The notes below the pieces were generated by a model. The model had not been told where the DNA came from. It made no database searches and worked only from the letters and a program-made list of their open reading frames with translations. Shown here one piece after another: positions 26,630-35,961 of a stretch of 64,000 nt of DNA. This DNA comes from an uncultured Gammaproteobacteria bacterium (GTDB taxonomy: Bacteria; Patescibacteriota; Microgenomatia; UBA1406). The stretch's first letter is position 1. Each line of letters opens with the position of its first letter. The stretch is taken from contig CAYPVH010000003.1 of assembly GCA_964414145.1 (NCBI GenBank), positions 30,592-94,591 of the forward strand, given 5' to 3'. A program made the translations under genes and the position numbers.

Positions 26630-27619
26630 ATGAAAAAAACTTTTTTTTCGGGTATTCAACCAACAGCTCAGGCGCCACACATTGGAAATTATATTGGAAT
26701 TTTTAAACAGTGGGTAGAAATGCAGAACGAATATAACCCGTATTATTGTATTGTAGATTTGCATGCCTTAACCGTTTTGCAAGACCCAGTAAAGTTAAAA
26801 GAGGCAATATATGCCTCATACGCCATGCTGCTAGCGGTGGGAATAGACCCGAAGTTGACAACATTGTTTGTACAATCCGGGAACCCGCATCACGCCGAAC
26901 TGGCTTGGATTTTAAACTGCCTAACTACGCAAGGCGAGCTTTCACGAATGACTCAGTATAAGGAAAAGTCAGCAAAACAAAAAGACTTTGTAAGTGTTGG
27001 CTTGTATGATTACCCGGTATTGATGGCGGCTGACATATTACTTTACGACAGCGAGGTAGTACCGGTTGGGGAAGACCAGGTTCAGCACATTGAATTAACA
27101 AGGACTATTGCCAAACGCTTTAACAATAAATATGGTTTTACTTTTGTTTTACCAAAACCAAAACTGGTTAAGGAGGGGGCAAGAATTATGAGTCTGCAAG
27201 ACCCGGACAGCAAAATGAGCAAATCGGATGAAAACACTAAAGCGACTCTATTTTTACTGGACCAGCCAGATGTTATAAGCAACAAAGTTAAAAGTGCGGT
27301 TACCGACTCGGAAAGTACTATTGAATTTAACCCAAACAGGAAAGGTTTATTTAACCTGTTAAGTATTTACAAAGCCCTAAGTGGCAAAAGTATGGAAGTG
27401 ATTGAAGACGAATTTAGTGGTAAGGGTTACAGGGAATTTAAAGAAGCGTTAACTGAATTAGTTATAAACGAATTTACGCCGATTCAGAAAAAATATAGCC
27501 AATATATAAATGACAAGGCAGAATTGGAAGCCCTAATGAAAGCAGGGGCTCAAAGAGCGATTGACACAACAACAGCAAAGATAAGAGAAGTTAAGGAAAA
27601 GATAGGGTTGTTGGTGTAA
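26630..27619 (+). CDS. trpS: tryptophan--tRNA ligase
   Basis: FSGIQPT..PHIGNYIG (HIGH-type), KMSKS, 329 aa. Confidence 0.95.
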   Translation: MKKTFFSGIQPTAQAPHIGNYIGIFKQWVEMQNEYNPYYCIVDLHALTVLQDPVKLKEAIYASYAMLLAVGIDPKLTTLFVQSGNPHHAELAWILNCLTTQGELSRMTQYKEKSAKQKDFVSVGLYDYPVLMAADILLYDSEVVPVGEDQVQHIELTRTIAKRFNNKYGFTFVLPKPKLVKEGARIMSLQDPDSKMSKSDENTKATLFLLDQPDVISNKVKSAVTDSESTIEFNPNRKGLFNLLSIYKALSGKSMEVIEDEFSGKGYREFKEALTELVINEFTPIQKKYSQYINDKAELEALMKAGAQRAIDTTTAKIREVKEKIGLLV

Positions 27620-27622
27620 GAC

Positions 27623-27678
27623 GCGGGATTAGTTTCCGACAAAAGCTAAAGCAATTAGTCGGATCAGCCAAAATGCAT
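27623..27678 (+). repeat. direct repeat L flanking the GIY-YIG gene; begins with a copy of the tRNA-Gly 5' end (GCGGGATTAGTT)
   Basis: Aligns with 27958-28013 at roughly 3 of 4 positions by eye. Its first 12 nt are identical to 28076-28087. Confidence 0.7.
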
Positions 27679-27704
27679 AGCTTTTGGCTGACAGTTGTAG
27701 AATT

Positions 27705-27977
27705 ATGTACTATACATATGTTTTATTATGTAGAGGTGATAAGAATTTTTTTTACATAGGATATTGCCGTAATATAGATAAAAGAGTAAAACAACATATA
27801 GAGAAAGCAGTAAAATATACCAAAAGGTTTAGAGAAGTAAAACTAGTTTATTGTGAGATGTGTTTAAATAAGACAGATGCAAGAAAAAGAGAATTGCAGT
27901 TGAAAACAGGGTTTGGAAGAGGTTATTTAAAAAGGCGATTAGAAAACTATATTAACAGTAGGATTAGTTTCAGCTAG
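27705..27977 (+). CDS. GIY-YIG nuclease-superfamily small protein
   Basis: YYTYVLLCRGDKNFFYIGYCRNIDKRVKQH (GIY...YIG with downstream R and E). About 90 aa. Confidence 0.8.
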   Translation: MYYTYVLLCRGDKNFFYIGYCRNIDKRVKQHIEKAVKYTKRFREVKLVYCEMCLNKTDARKRELQLKTGFGRGYLKRRLENYINSRISFS

Positions 27978-28013
27978 AAGCTTTGTAATTTAGCAGATCT
28001 GCCAATATGTTTT
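27958..28013 (+). repeat. direct repeat R flanking the GIY-YIG gene (degenerate tRNA-Gly 5' mimic GTAGGATTAGTT...)
   Basis: See the partner at 27623-27678. Overlaps the last codons of the GIY-YIG ORF. Confidence 0.7.
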
Positions 28014-28075
28014 AACTTATAGCGGAGAACAGTTAAAAATGTTCATTTAAAGGTTGTAGAAAAAAACCAAAAACC

Positions 28076-28146
28076 GCGGGATTAGTTGAGCGGTTCAACA
28101 CTTCCTTCCCAAGGAAGAGAGACGGGTTCAACTCCCGTATCCCGCT
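28076..28146 (+). tRNA. tRNA-Gly (anticodon CCC)
   Basis: GCGGGAT TA GTTG AGCGGTT CAAC A CTTCC TTCCCAA GGAAG AGAG ACGGG TTCAACT CCCGT ATCCCGC T. 71 nt. Confidence 0.9.
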
Positions 28147-28173
28147 CAGAAAAATTAACTAATTTGCAGAAGA

Positions 28174-28737
28174 ATGTACAAACAACAAATCTTTAAATCA
28201 GATAGCGAATTTCCTGAGTCACTGAAGTGGCAAGTACTATCGTTTTTACGTATCAATTCACCAGAAGGATTTAAAGGATCAAATGAGAGTCGGGATTGGA
28301 TTAATAATCCAGATGATAACTCAATTCATATTGCATTTATAACAGAAAATGATGTCTTAATTAGCTACTGCTCTGTTGTTAGAAAACAACTTGAGCATGT
28401 AGGAGAGCTATATAATTGTTGGGGTCTAACTGGGGTTATGACATATCCACCTTTTCGTGATAGAGGCTTTGGAAAACAAGTTGTAGATATAGCAACAAGG
28501 ATTATAAAAGAAAGTGATGCTGATATTGGTATGTTTCATTGTGTACATAAATTAAAGGGTTTTTATACAAAAAGTGGATGGGAACCGATGAAAAAAACTA
28601 CCACGCTAGTTGGTAATAAAAAGAATCCAAATACTAGTAGCGAACTCATGATGATGCTTTTTTTAAGTAGGAAAGCACAGTTACACAGGGGTGATTTTGA
28701 AATAAAACCTGTTTATTTTGGCGAAGACACTTGGTAA
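28174..28737 (+). CDS. GNAT-family N-acetyltransferase
   Basis: GVMTYPPFRDRGFGKQVVDIAT (acetyl-CoA binding motif A, R/Q-x-x-G-x-G/A). Confidence 0.7.
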   Translation: MYKQQIFKSDSEFPESLKWQVLSFLRINSPEGFKGSNESRDWINNPDDNSIHIAFITENDVLISYCSVVRKQLEHVGELYNCWGLTGVMTYPPFRDRGFGKQVVDIATRIIKESDADIGMFHCVHKLKGFYTKSGWEPMKKTTTLVGNKKNPNTSSELMMMLFLSRKAQLHRGDFEIKPVYFGEDTW

Positions 28738-28839
28738 GTAAATTAGTCCTAAGTAAAAATTTAAATATAATTAGTTTGATAGTAATAGGACGGTGTGTTT
28801 TGGAGCCAGTTATTGTTTATAGCCTTAGAATTGACATCA

Positions 28840-29196
28840 ATGAAAAAAATAATTTTCACCACTTCAAAAATCTTTCTTGAACTGAATTTATACATTCTTT
28901 CTATAAATATATTATCTATATTGCTTTGGTGGGCTTTAATGTATCTTGGAAGAGAAATAGCCGATTGTTCATTTTATGATAATGGTTTATTTAAGTCGAC
29001 TAGTATTAGTTGCCCGAGTTTGGATAGCACAAGACATGTGTTAATTATATTCGAACGTTTCAGCGGATTGTTATTATTTACATTTTTCATATATTTGGGC
29101 TCGCTATATATAATAAAGAATAAGGCAGAGTATTCAAAATGTGGGTTTTTTATAGCAACAAAAACATTAATGAGTATTATCAGATTTAAAAGATAA
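28840..29196 (+). CDS. hypothetical membrane protein
   Basis: ORF with 3 hydrophobic segments and no recognisable motif. A GTG start at 28795 is also possible. Confidence 0.35.
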   Translation: MKKIIFTTSKIFLELNLYILSINILSILLWWALMYLGREIADCSFYDNGLFKSTSISCPSLDSTRHVLIIFERFSGLLLFTFFIYLGSLYIIKNKAEYSKCGFFIATKTLMSIIRFKR

Positions 29197-29203
29197 ACTA
29201 GTT

Positions 29204-29746
29204 ATGAAAAAAAACGGACCCTGGACAATAAAGAAAAGCAAAGTAGTTTACAAAACCCCGTGGTTGAAAGTGGTTGAAGACACGGTAATTAGGCCAGACG
29301 GTAAGAACGGTATTTATTCAACGGTTAGTATTTTGCCAGGAGTGTCGGTATTGCCAATTACTAAAAACAGGGAAGTTATTCTTTTAAAAAACTTTCAGTA
29401 TGCAGTGGGAAAGTCACTGATAACGGCAATTGGTGGTTCTATAGACAAAAACGAAACACCAGAAGCTGCTGCAATACGTGAACTGAAAGAAGAGGCGGGC
29501 ATAAATGCAAAAAAACTAACACCACTGGGCTTAACACACGCAATAACAAGTGGTATTATTTCGTCACCTAACTATATGTTTTTGGTAGAAGGCATTACTG
29601 AAGGTATGGCTAAGCCGGATGGAACAGAAAGTATAAAAAAAATTAAAATGACCTTGAAAGAAGCCATAGAAAAGGTTATGAATGGCGAAATCACGCATTC
29701 AGTAACAGCTTTATTAGTACTGAAAGCGAGGTTATTATATAAATAA
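29204..29746 (+). CDS. Nudix hydrolase (ADP-ribose pyrophosphatase-like)
   Basis: Nudix box GGSIDKNETPEAAAIRELKEEAGI. Confidence 0.85.
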   Translation: MKKNGPWTIKKSKVVYKTPWLKVVEDTVIRPDGKNGIYSTVSILPGVSVLPITKNREVILLKNFQYAVGKSLITAIGGSIDKNETPEAAAIRELKEEAGINAKKLTPLGLTHAITSGIISSPNYMFLVEGITEGMAKPDGTESIKKIKMTLKEAIEKVMNGEITHSVTALLVLKARLLYK

Positions 29747-29748
29747 AA

Positions 29749-30162
29749 ATGAATAGCAAAAAAGTAATAACAAAACTAAAGCAGCAATACCCAGAGAAAA
29801 CTATTATTAATAATCTAGATAACAAGGGCAAAATTAGCGAAGTAATATGTGAAATTGAGCCAACTGAAGACCATCCAGAATATAGTTTGACAGTTGCCGT
29901 TATTGATAACTCAATCATGCATTTCCACAAAAAAACAGAAGAAACATATAAAGTGTTAACGGGGCAACTAACTATAGTAACAGATACTAAAATAATAAAA
30001 CTTAAAGCCGGGGAAGAAGTTACTATAAAACCTGGAACAGTTCACGCTAACATTGGTAAAGAAACTTGGGTAGAAGTTACCTCCAAACCTGGTTGGACAC
30101 TTGGCGACCATATTCCACTAACAAATCTAGTAAAGGAAGTGGTTGCAAACCTGAATAAATAA
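29749..30162 (+). CDS. cupin-domain protein
   Basis: Two-motif cupin pattern (HFHKKTEETYKVLTG ... IKPGTVHAN). Confidence 0.6.
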   Translation: MNSKKVITKLKQQYPEKTIINNLDNKGKISEVICEIEPTEDHPEYSLTVAVIDNSIMHFHKKTEETYKVLTGQLTIVTDTKIIKLKAGEEVTIKPGTVHANIGKETWVEVTSKPGWTLGDHIPLTNLVKEVVANLNK

Positions 30163-30210
30163 TGACTACTAATTCTACTCAAAACGTTGGATTGTTGTTA
30201 AAATGTATTA

Positions 30211-31167
30211 ATGCAAATTAAGGAAGTTAAGAAGATATTAGATAACAATTACTCATTTTCGTATTCAAGCATAATTATTGGCCCCAGACAGTTTGCCGGA
30301 ATAACCTACATTGTTAAAGCAGGCAATAACAACAAGTATTTTGTAAAAATCATAAATAAAAAAGGAATACCAAATAGTATTGCAACAAACTTACCGGTTT
30401 TAGAAGAACTTAATAATTTAGGTTTAGAAAATATTCCACAGGTGATTAGAACAAACTTGGGTGGTTTATTTATAGAAACAGAAGACTCTGTGTTTGTTGT
30501 GTTCAATTATTTGGAAGGCAAACAAACCTATGAATTTAATAAGAAAAAGTTAGGGCTTTTTATAAGCAAATTTCATACATTAACTAAAGAAATAAGGCAA
30601 GAAGTAGAAAAGGAAAGTTTTGATTCTTATGCAAATAGAAATTTTTTAGATATGTTTAACCAGGTTTTTAAGCTTGGTAACCAAGATTTAATTAATAAAA
30701 GGTTAAAAGAGATGTTATTGCCATACAGGCAAGAAATATTAGACGACTTTAATAAATTTTTGGAAGTAATAGAACAATGTAAAAAGAAGCCGCAGACAAG
30801 CTATGTACTTACTCATGGAGATATCCCTATTAATGTAATGGAAAACAAAAAAGGGGAGCAGTATGTAATAGACTGGGACGATATTTTGCTGGCACCCCCA
30901 GAGCGGGATTTGTGGTTTTTTAAAGATACACCAAGCTTACTAAACCAGTACAGAAAGACTTTTACTAACTACAAAATTAATAATGTATTTTATAAATATT
31001 ACTTATATTGGCGGCTGTTTAGCGATATGTATGCTTTTATAAAGGAAATACGAAGCAATAAAAGTGAAGAACACAGAAGAAAGAACTTAAAAGAGCTGAA
31101 AGAAGATTATCTGGATTGGCTAAGGCCAATAATAAAAGAAGAGAGTAAGTTATGCCCGGCCAAGTAA
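30211..31167 (+). CDS. APH-fold phosphotransferase (aminoglycoside/choline kinase family)
   Basis: LTHGDIPINVM (Brenner HxDxxxxN) and VIDWDDILLAPPERDLWF. Confidence 0.75.
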   Translation: MQIKEVKKILDNNYSFSYSSIIIGPRQFAGITYIVKAGNNNKYFVKIINKKGIPNSIATNLPVLEELNNLGLENIPQVIRTNLGGLFIETEDSVFVVFNYLEGKQTYEFNKKKLGLFISKFHTLTKEIRQEVEKESFDSYANRNFLDMFNQVFKLGNQDLINKRLKEMLLPYRQEILDDFNKFLEVIEQCKKKPQTSYVLTHGDIPINVMENKKGEQYVIDWDDILLAPPERDLWFFKDTPSLLNQYRKTFTNYKINNVFYKYYLYWRLFSDMYAFIKEIRSNKSEEHRRKNLKELKEDYLDWLRPIIKEESKLCPAK

Positions 31168-31175
31168 TAAGTTGC

Positions 31176-31931
31176 TTATATATTAATTAGCTCAATATTT
31201 AAATAATCCGGTTGAGTAAAAAAGCCAAACTTAAATACCCAGAAAAGAGTTGCAATTATCATAACTACAGAAGACAAAAAAAAGTAGTAGGTAAAGGGGT
31301 AATTAGCAACTTTAATATTATGTTTTTTTACAAAACGGGTTAAATACAAGCAAGCACCAATAGTTATTGGCACAGCGGCAACATACATACTCCCGCCCTC
31401 GACCCCAGCAATTGCCCATAGAAAGCCGTTAATAATGCTTAAAGTATAAATAACAACTTTCTCTTGTTTTTTTAACTTTGATTTTCTACGGTTTAATTCT
31501 AAAAAGCAAAAAATAAGTAGGAATACAGGAAATAAGATAAGAAAAATATGGCCAACAGCTTCATCCATAAATAAAACAATTGAGTAAAGCATGGTGTTGG
31601 GGGAGTTGATTAAGTAATCTTCTACAATAGAAGAGGCGGCATGAATACCAATACTTAGGGCAGAAACATAGATAAGCATAACTGCGGGAATCAGAAGCTT
31701 GTTTTCATTAATTGATCTATTTTTAATTTTTTGCCTGGCTGTAATTGCTTTAAACAAGTAAAGGTAAGCCAGGGCTGCAGGTATCCAAAGGGTAAATTGT
31801 TCAACGACTGACTGCCATTTTAATGGATAACCTTTAAAAACAGGAATTTGTAAAAATGTACTATAGCTAAAAACGCCGACAAAAAGAAGAGCTAAAAAAA
31901 CAACAATAAGTGCTAAAATTGTTTTGTGCAT
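31176..31931 (-). CDS. hypothetical polytopic membrane protein
   Basis: 251 aa with about 7 hydrophobic segments and no diagnostic motif. Confidence 0.5.
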   Translation of the reverse strand: MHKTILALIVVFLALLFVGVFSYSTFLQIPVFKGYPLKWQSVVEQFTLWIPAALAYLYLFKAITARQKIKNRSINENKLLIPAVMLIYVSALSIGIHAASSIVEDYLINSPNTMLYSIVLFMDEAVGHIFLILFPVFLLIFCFLELNRRKSKLKKQEKVVIYTLSIINGFLWAIAGVEGGSMYVAAVPITIGACLYLTRFVKKHNIKVANYPFTYYFFLSSVVMIIATLFWVFKFGFFTQPDYLNIELINI

Positions 31932-31970
31932 AATAGTATTTTAACAGTAGGGGACAGTTTTTAAAATATC

Positions 31971-32363
31971 ATGCAGATTATTTATATTGCTCACTCAAAG
32001 GAACTAGATTATAAAAACAAGCTTTATTTACCACTGAGAAACTCAAGCTTAAATAAACAATTTAATATTATTTTGCCTCACGAAACTGAAAAGTTTATTA
32101 ATTCGAAAGAAATTATTAAAAACAGTAGCTTTGTTATTGCCGAAGTTAGTTATTCGGCGACAGGTTTAGGAATAGAGCTTGGTTGGGCTGATGTTTTTAA
32201 TGTACTGATTCTGGCAATTTATATGGAAGGAAGTATGGTATCTGGATCTATTAGTGCGGTGGCCGACAGTACAAAATCGTATAAAAATAGTAACGAAATG
32301 TTAGAAAACATTATGGTGTTTATTAATAATTATGAAAAACTACATGCGGCCAAAAATAACTAA
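31971..32363 (+). CDS. nucleoside 2-deoxyribosyltransferase / DNPH1 (Rcl)-like protein
   Basis: IYIAHS... and VIAEVSYSATGLGIELGWA resemble the (V)VAEVTxPSLGVGYELG catalytic-Glu segment of this family. Confidence 0.55.
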   Translation: MQIIYIAHSKELDYKNKLYLPLRNSSLNKQFNIILPHETEKFINSKEIIKNSSFVIAEVSYSATGLGIELGWADVFNVLILAIYMEGSMVSGSISAVADSTKSYKNSNEMLENIMVFINNYEKLHAAKNN

Positions 32364-32730
32364 ACTTAACTACACTTATAAAAAAGAAACGGGAGATGTG
32401 TTTGTGCTGAACACCGACGACATACCGGTTAACAAAGAATTAATTAAAGATACCCAGATTGTAAATATAGGGCCTGGGGTTATTGCAGGGAACCATAAAC
32501 ATTCAAGAATAGAGTGGTTTGTGGCGCTTGGCGACTTGGTTTTGATTTGGATAGACGAGGAGGGTAAACAGCAGGAAACACATATGAATCCAGAAGGGGG
32601 ATTGCGGCTCATAGAAGTACCGCCATATTTACCTCACGCGGTAGTAAACAGATCAAAAACAGAAAAGGGGATAATCTTTGAAATGGCGAGTGCTAAGATG
32701 ATTGATAAAGAAGATGTTAAGGTAATTTAA
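32332..32730 (+). CDS. cupin-fold protein (sugar epimerase/isomerase-like)
   Basis: GNHKHSRIEWFVALGD...EVPPYLPHAV cupin motifs. An alternative start at 32344 is possible. Confidence 0.55.
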   Translation: MKNYMRPKITKLNYTYKKETGDVFVLNTDDIPVNKELIKDTQIVNIGPGVIAGNHKHSRIEWFVALGDLVLIWIDEEGKQQETHMNPEGGLRLIEVPPYLPHAVVNRSKTEKGIIFEMASAKMIDKEDVKVI

Positions 32731-32735
32731 TTACT

Positions 32736-33098
32736 ATGAATAATAAAAAATATTTTAAGGGGAATGTATTGAAGGAACAGTCAAGAAATGGCTGGTTACT
32801 AGGTCATTTTATGCCAACGGGGTTAACTAAGAGTTCGGATCTTGAAATTAAAATAATAACATTAAGCAAAGGGTTTAGATCTGAACCGCATTATAATAAG
32901 ACCTCGACTAAAATTGATTTAATATGGAAAGGCAAAGCCATCTGGTTGGTTGATGGCAGGGAAATAATAATGAATAGTGGTGATTATTTAGTTATATCAC
33001 CTAAAATAGTTGTTTGTGTTAAAAAGGTATTATCTGACGAAATAGTTGTACAAACAATTAAATATCCCTCAGTTGCTAATGATAAGGTACTTGTCTGA
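32736..33098 (+). CDS. cupin-like protein
   Basis: GWLLGHF...SEPHYNK...GDYLVISP pattern. Confidence 0.45.
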   Translation: MNNKKYFKGNVLKEQSRNGWLLGHFMPTGLTKSSDLEIKIITLSKGFRSEPHYNKTSTKIDLIWKGKAIWLVDGREIIMNSGDYLVISPKIVVCVKKVLSDEIVVQTIKYPSVANDKVLV

Positions 33099-33226
33099 AT
33101 ATTCTAGTCCTACATAAATAATATAACTATATATTTAAGATCCTTCGGTCGTCCGCCGTAGGCGGTCTCTCTCAAGGATGACAAAATTGAATTACCAATA
33201 ACTTATTCTTAGGCAAATAACTACGA

Positions 33227-33232
33227 TATAAT
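33227..33232 (+). promoter_or_regulatory. -10 hexamer TATAAT, 7 nt before ATG 33240
   Basis: gaTATAAT followed by tcaataa then ATG. Confidence 0.4.
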
Positions 33233-33239
33233 TCAATAA

Positions 33240-33848
33240 ATGGGTCATGAAATAAAAAGTATTAGAGATATTTTGCAGCCTGGGTTTGAAAATCAGCCAA
33301 TGACAAGGGCTGAATTTATTAGGCTTTGTATTGGAGGATTATTTTTATTATCCCCTTTAGTAGTGGCTTGGCTTATGAATGGAGAACGTACAGTGGTAGA
33401 AAAAATGACTGTATCTATGTTACGTCAGCTAAATTTAGCAACTAATTATGACTATAAAAATAAAAAAACAGTTATAAGCGTTGTACCGGAGCCTAGTCGA
33501 TTTATATTGCAAAACGGTGTTAAGCTTTATGGAGTTTTAAATCCTTATGCAATTTCAAACACGGGTAGTACTTTGGTTGCCCCGGCTAATTTAAGAATTA
33601 TGAATTTTTATAGTCCTCATCAAACATATTTTGAAGAAAATCAAATTCTTGACATTAGCGATGTGGCTACTTATGACGCTTTAAATGCACACTACCGAGC
33701 AAGTTTTCCTAAAAGAGATATAAGCGATAGAGATAGACATAGGTATGATGAGCTAATAGGGCTTAAGCGTGAATTTTATGGAATTTTACCAGATGGTTAC
33801 TGGTCTCAGTATAATGATGTATATTCTTGCCCTATAAAAAAGGTTTAG
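33240..33848 (+). CDS. hypothetical protein with one TM segment
   Basis: 202-aa ORF with TM LCIGGLFLLSPLVVAWL and no recognised domain. Confidence 0.5.
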   Translation: MGHEIKSIRDILQPGFENQPMTRAEFIRLCIGGLFLLSPLVVAWLMNGERTVVEKMTVSMLRQLNLATNYDYKNKKTVISVVPEPSRFILQNGVKLYGVLNPYAISNTGSTLVAPANLRIMNFYSPHQTYFEENQILDISDVATYDALNAHYRASFPKRDISDRDRHRYDELIGLKREFYGILPDGYWSQYNDVYSCPIKKV

Positions 33849-33872
33849 GAAAGTTGGTTTTCTATTTATGAA

Positions 33873-34838
33873 TTATCTACTTAGTACATTGAGCAACTTC
33901 TGGTTAAGAACTTTAATACTCTCGTCGTCGATTACAGAAACAAATAGGGGATTGGGGGTAACTTTCTTGGCTTTGGTTTTGAAGGCTTTTAATTCTTTTT
34001 CGCTCAAAACATCATATTTGGTAAAAATAATCAGTTCGGGGCGTTTTAATATTTCCGGGTTATGGCTTTCTAATTCTTGTTTGATTATTTTGTAGTCTTT
34101 TTGTGGATTGGTGGATTCGCAGCTAATGCAATGGACCAGTAGACGAGTTCGTTCAACATGGCGTAAAAAGCGAGAGCCTAAACCCTTACCGGTTGAGGCG
34201 CCTTCAATAAGGCCGGGTATGTCGGCAATAATATATGGGCCAAACGTGCCTAGATTTGGCTCAAGAGTAGTGAAGGGGTAGTTAGCTACTTGAGCGTGGG
34301 CATGGGTAAGAGTATTTAGAAGCGTAGATTTGCCGGCGTTTGGCAAACCAATTAAGCCAACGTCTGCAATCATTTGTAATTCGAATAAATATTCAAATAC
34401 TTCACCTTTAACGCCTTTTTCAAATTCCCTGGGGGTTTGATTGGTGGATGAGCGGAATTCCCAGTTACCCCTACCTCCTTTACCGCCTTTGGCTAAACGT
34501 TTAATTTCATCCAAACTTAATATTTCAAAAACCCCACCGGCAGTTAGATTAGTAATTTTGGTGCCTAAAGGAACGCTAATTACCGTGTCGGCAGAATTTT
34601 TGCCCGAACGCTTGTTTTTGCCCCCAGGCTCCCCGGGTGTGCCTTCAATTATGGGGCTTTCTCTAAACTTCCGTAATACTCGAATATTGTTTACTCCTTT
34701 AACATACACGTCGCCACCTTTGCCACCATTGCCGCCATCGGGGCCACCCTTTGGCACAAATTTTTCTCGCCTGAAAGAAACCAAGCCATCGCCACCCTTG
34801 CCGGCAATAACCTTTACTTTTACTTCATCGATTAACAT
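33873..34838 (-). CDS. obg: GTPase Obg/CgtA
   Basis: The Gly-rich Obg fold KGGDGLVSFRREKFVPKGGPDGGNGGKGGDV. G1 GLPNAGKST, G3 DIPGLIEGA, G4 TKYD. Confidence 0.95.
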   Translation of the reverse strand: MLIDEVKVKVIAGKGGDGLVSFRREKFVPKGGPDGGNGGKGGDVYVKGVNNIRVLRKFRESPIIEGTPGEPGGKNKRSGKNSADTVISVPLGTKITNLTAGGVFEILSLDEIKRLAKGGKGGRGNWEFRSSTNQTPREFEKGVKGEVFEYLFELQMIADVGLIGLPNAGKSTLLNTLTHAHAQVANYPFTTLEPNLGTFGPYIIADIPGLIEGASTGKGLGSRFLRHVERTRLLVHCISCESTNPQKDYKIIKQELESHNPEILKRPELIIFTKYDVLSEKELKAFKTKAKKVTPNPLFVSVIDDESIKVLNQKLLNVLSR

Positions 34839-34926
34839 AACAGGTATATTATAGTAAAAATTAGCTTACAATGATAAGGTAAATTAGGGTAGCACCTATG
34901 GGGTGAATTAGGTAAAATGAAAATTA

Positions 34927-35229
34927 ATGAATAAAATTGAAACCCTGGTTTGGCAAACCTTAAAGCAAATACCAGACCCGGAATTGAATGTGTCACTGGT
35001 TGACTTGGGGCTTATTTATAAGGTTTCTGAAAAAAACGGCAACGTAAAAATTACAATGACATTAACAACTGTTGGTTGCCCGCTTTATGGTATTATGCAA
35101 AAAGACATTCAGAATAAAGTAAAAGAAATTGAAGGGGTAAAACAAGTTAATATAAGCTTAACTTTTGACCCACCCTGGACTATGGAACGAATCAGCAGTG
35201 AAGCTAAAGAACAGCTGGGAATTGAATAA
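34927..35229 (+). CDS. DUF59/SufT-like Fe-S cluster assembly protein
   Basis: IPDPELNVSLVDLGLIY ... TLTTVGCPL pattern. Confidence 0.8.
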   Translation: MNKIETLVWQTLKQIPDPELNVSLVDLGLIYKVSEKNGNVKITMTLTTVGCPLYGIMQKDIQNKVKEIEGVKQVNISLTFDPPWTMERISSEAKEQLGIE

Positions 35230-35261
35230 TTAGGGTATTTTAAAAGGCAATAAGAAAAAAT

Positions 35262-35918
35262 ATGGCATTCTTCAAAAGGAACACAAATTCACAAAAAGTA
35301 AAAAAACAGTTGGGTTCACTATTTCGTGAAATTGGAATGGAAACAATGAGAGAGGTAGGCGAGGTTGGCAAAGAAATAGCAAGAAACGTAACTATGTTAC
35401 CTGTCGAGTTAGTGGCTGCAGCGGTTGGTAGTAATAGTGTTTCCGAAAGTAACGGTGGTGGAAGTGGCCAGAAAGACCAAAAAAGCTGGGCAGACGAGTG
35501 GTTAAAAGACCAAAATTCAGATAAAAATAAACCGCCAATTAGCCAAACCACCGGGGCCCATACAGGACTAAACACGGCAGAAATGTTTGGTAAAAGTGAC
35601 GAGGAACAAAAAAAAGCAGTTCTTCGCCGCATTGAAAACGCACAGCATTCTAAGTTTGAAAAAGCTTCGGCAACATCTGAATATGGTCAGCAATTAGCTA
35701 AAGAGCAGCAGGAAAAAGATAAGCAAGAAAAAATATACGACACGCTTTGGCAAGAAAGAGAAGAAGAAAAACAGAAGAACGAACAACAACTGCCACAGCT
35801 TGGTTTGCCAACAATTTCTTCAAAACGTGCAAGAGGTGACTGGCGTGGTGGTAAGAAGAAAAAAGCCACCATGCCAATGAAAACCATGGAAAACAAAGCC
35901 GGGATGGGAAAGAAGTAA
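35262..35918 (+). CDS. hypothetical K/E/Q-rich protein
   Basis: 218-aa ORF with low-complexity charged composition and no motif. Confidence 0.45.
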   Translation: MAFFKRNTNSQKVKKQLGSLFREIGMETMREVGEVGKEIARNVTMLPVELVAAAVGSNSVSESNGGGSGQKDQKSWADEWLKDQNSDKNKPPISQTTGAHTGLNTAEMFGKSDEEQKKAVLRRIENAQHSKFEKASATSEYGQQLAKEQQEKDKQEKIYDTLWQEREEEKQKNEQQLPQLGLPTISSKRARGDWRGGKKKKATMPMKTMENKAGMGKK

Positions 35919-35947
35919 AACTAGGTTTTATTAAATATCAATTTAGA

Positions 35948-35953
35948 TATAAT
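35948..35953 (+). promoter_or_regulatory. -10 hexamer TATAAT, 8 nt before cysS ATG
   Basis: agaTATAAT followed by ttagccat then ATG. No SD. Confidence 0.4.
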
Positions 35954-35961
35954 TTAGCCAT

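Noticed and set aside
34441-34854. 137-aa Pro-rich ORF on the plus strand (PLPPLPPL...)
   Set aside because: It is entirely antisense to the Gly-rich N-terminal domain of obg (GGN codons read as NCC, giving Pro). obg has unambiguous motifs, so this is a shadow ORF.
35240-35632. 130-aa minus-strand ORF overlapping 35262-35918
   Set aside because: The plus-strand ORF is longer and starts after a plausible gap following the DUF59 gene. The minus-strand product is hydrophobic, low-complexity shadow sequence. Neither has homology evidence, so the plus-strand call itself carries only moderate confidence.
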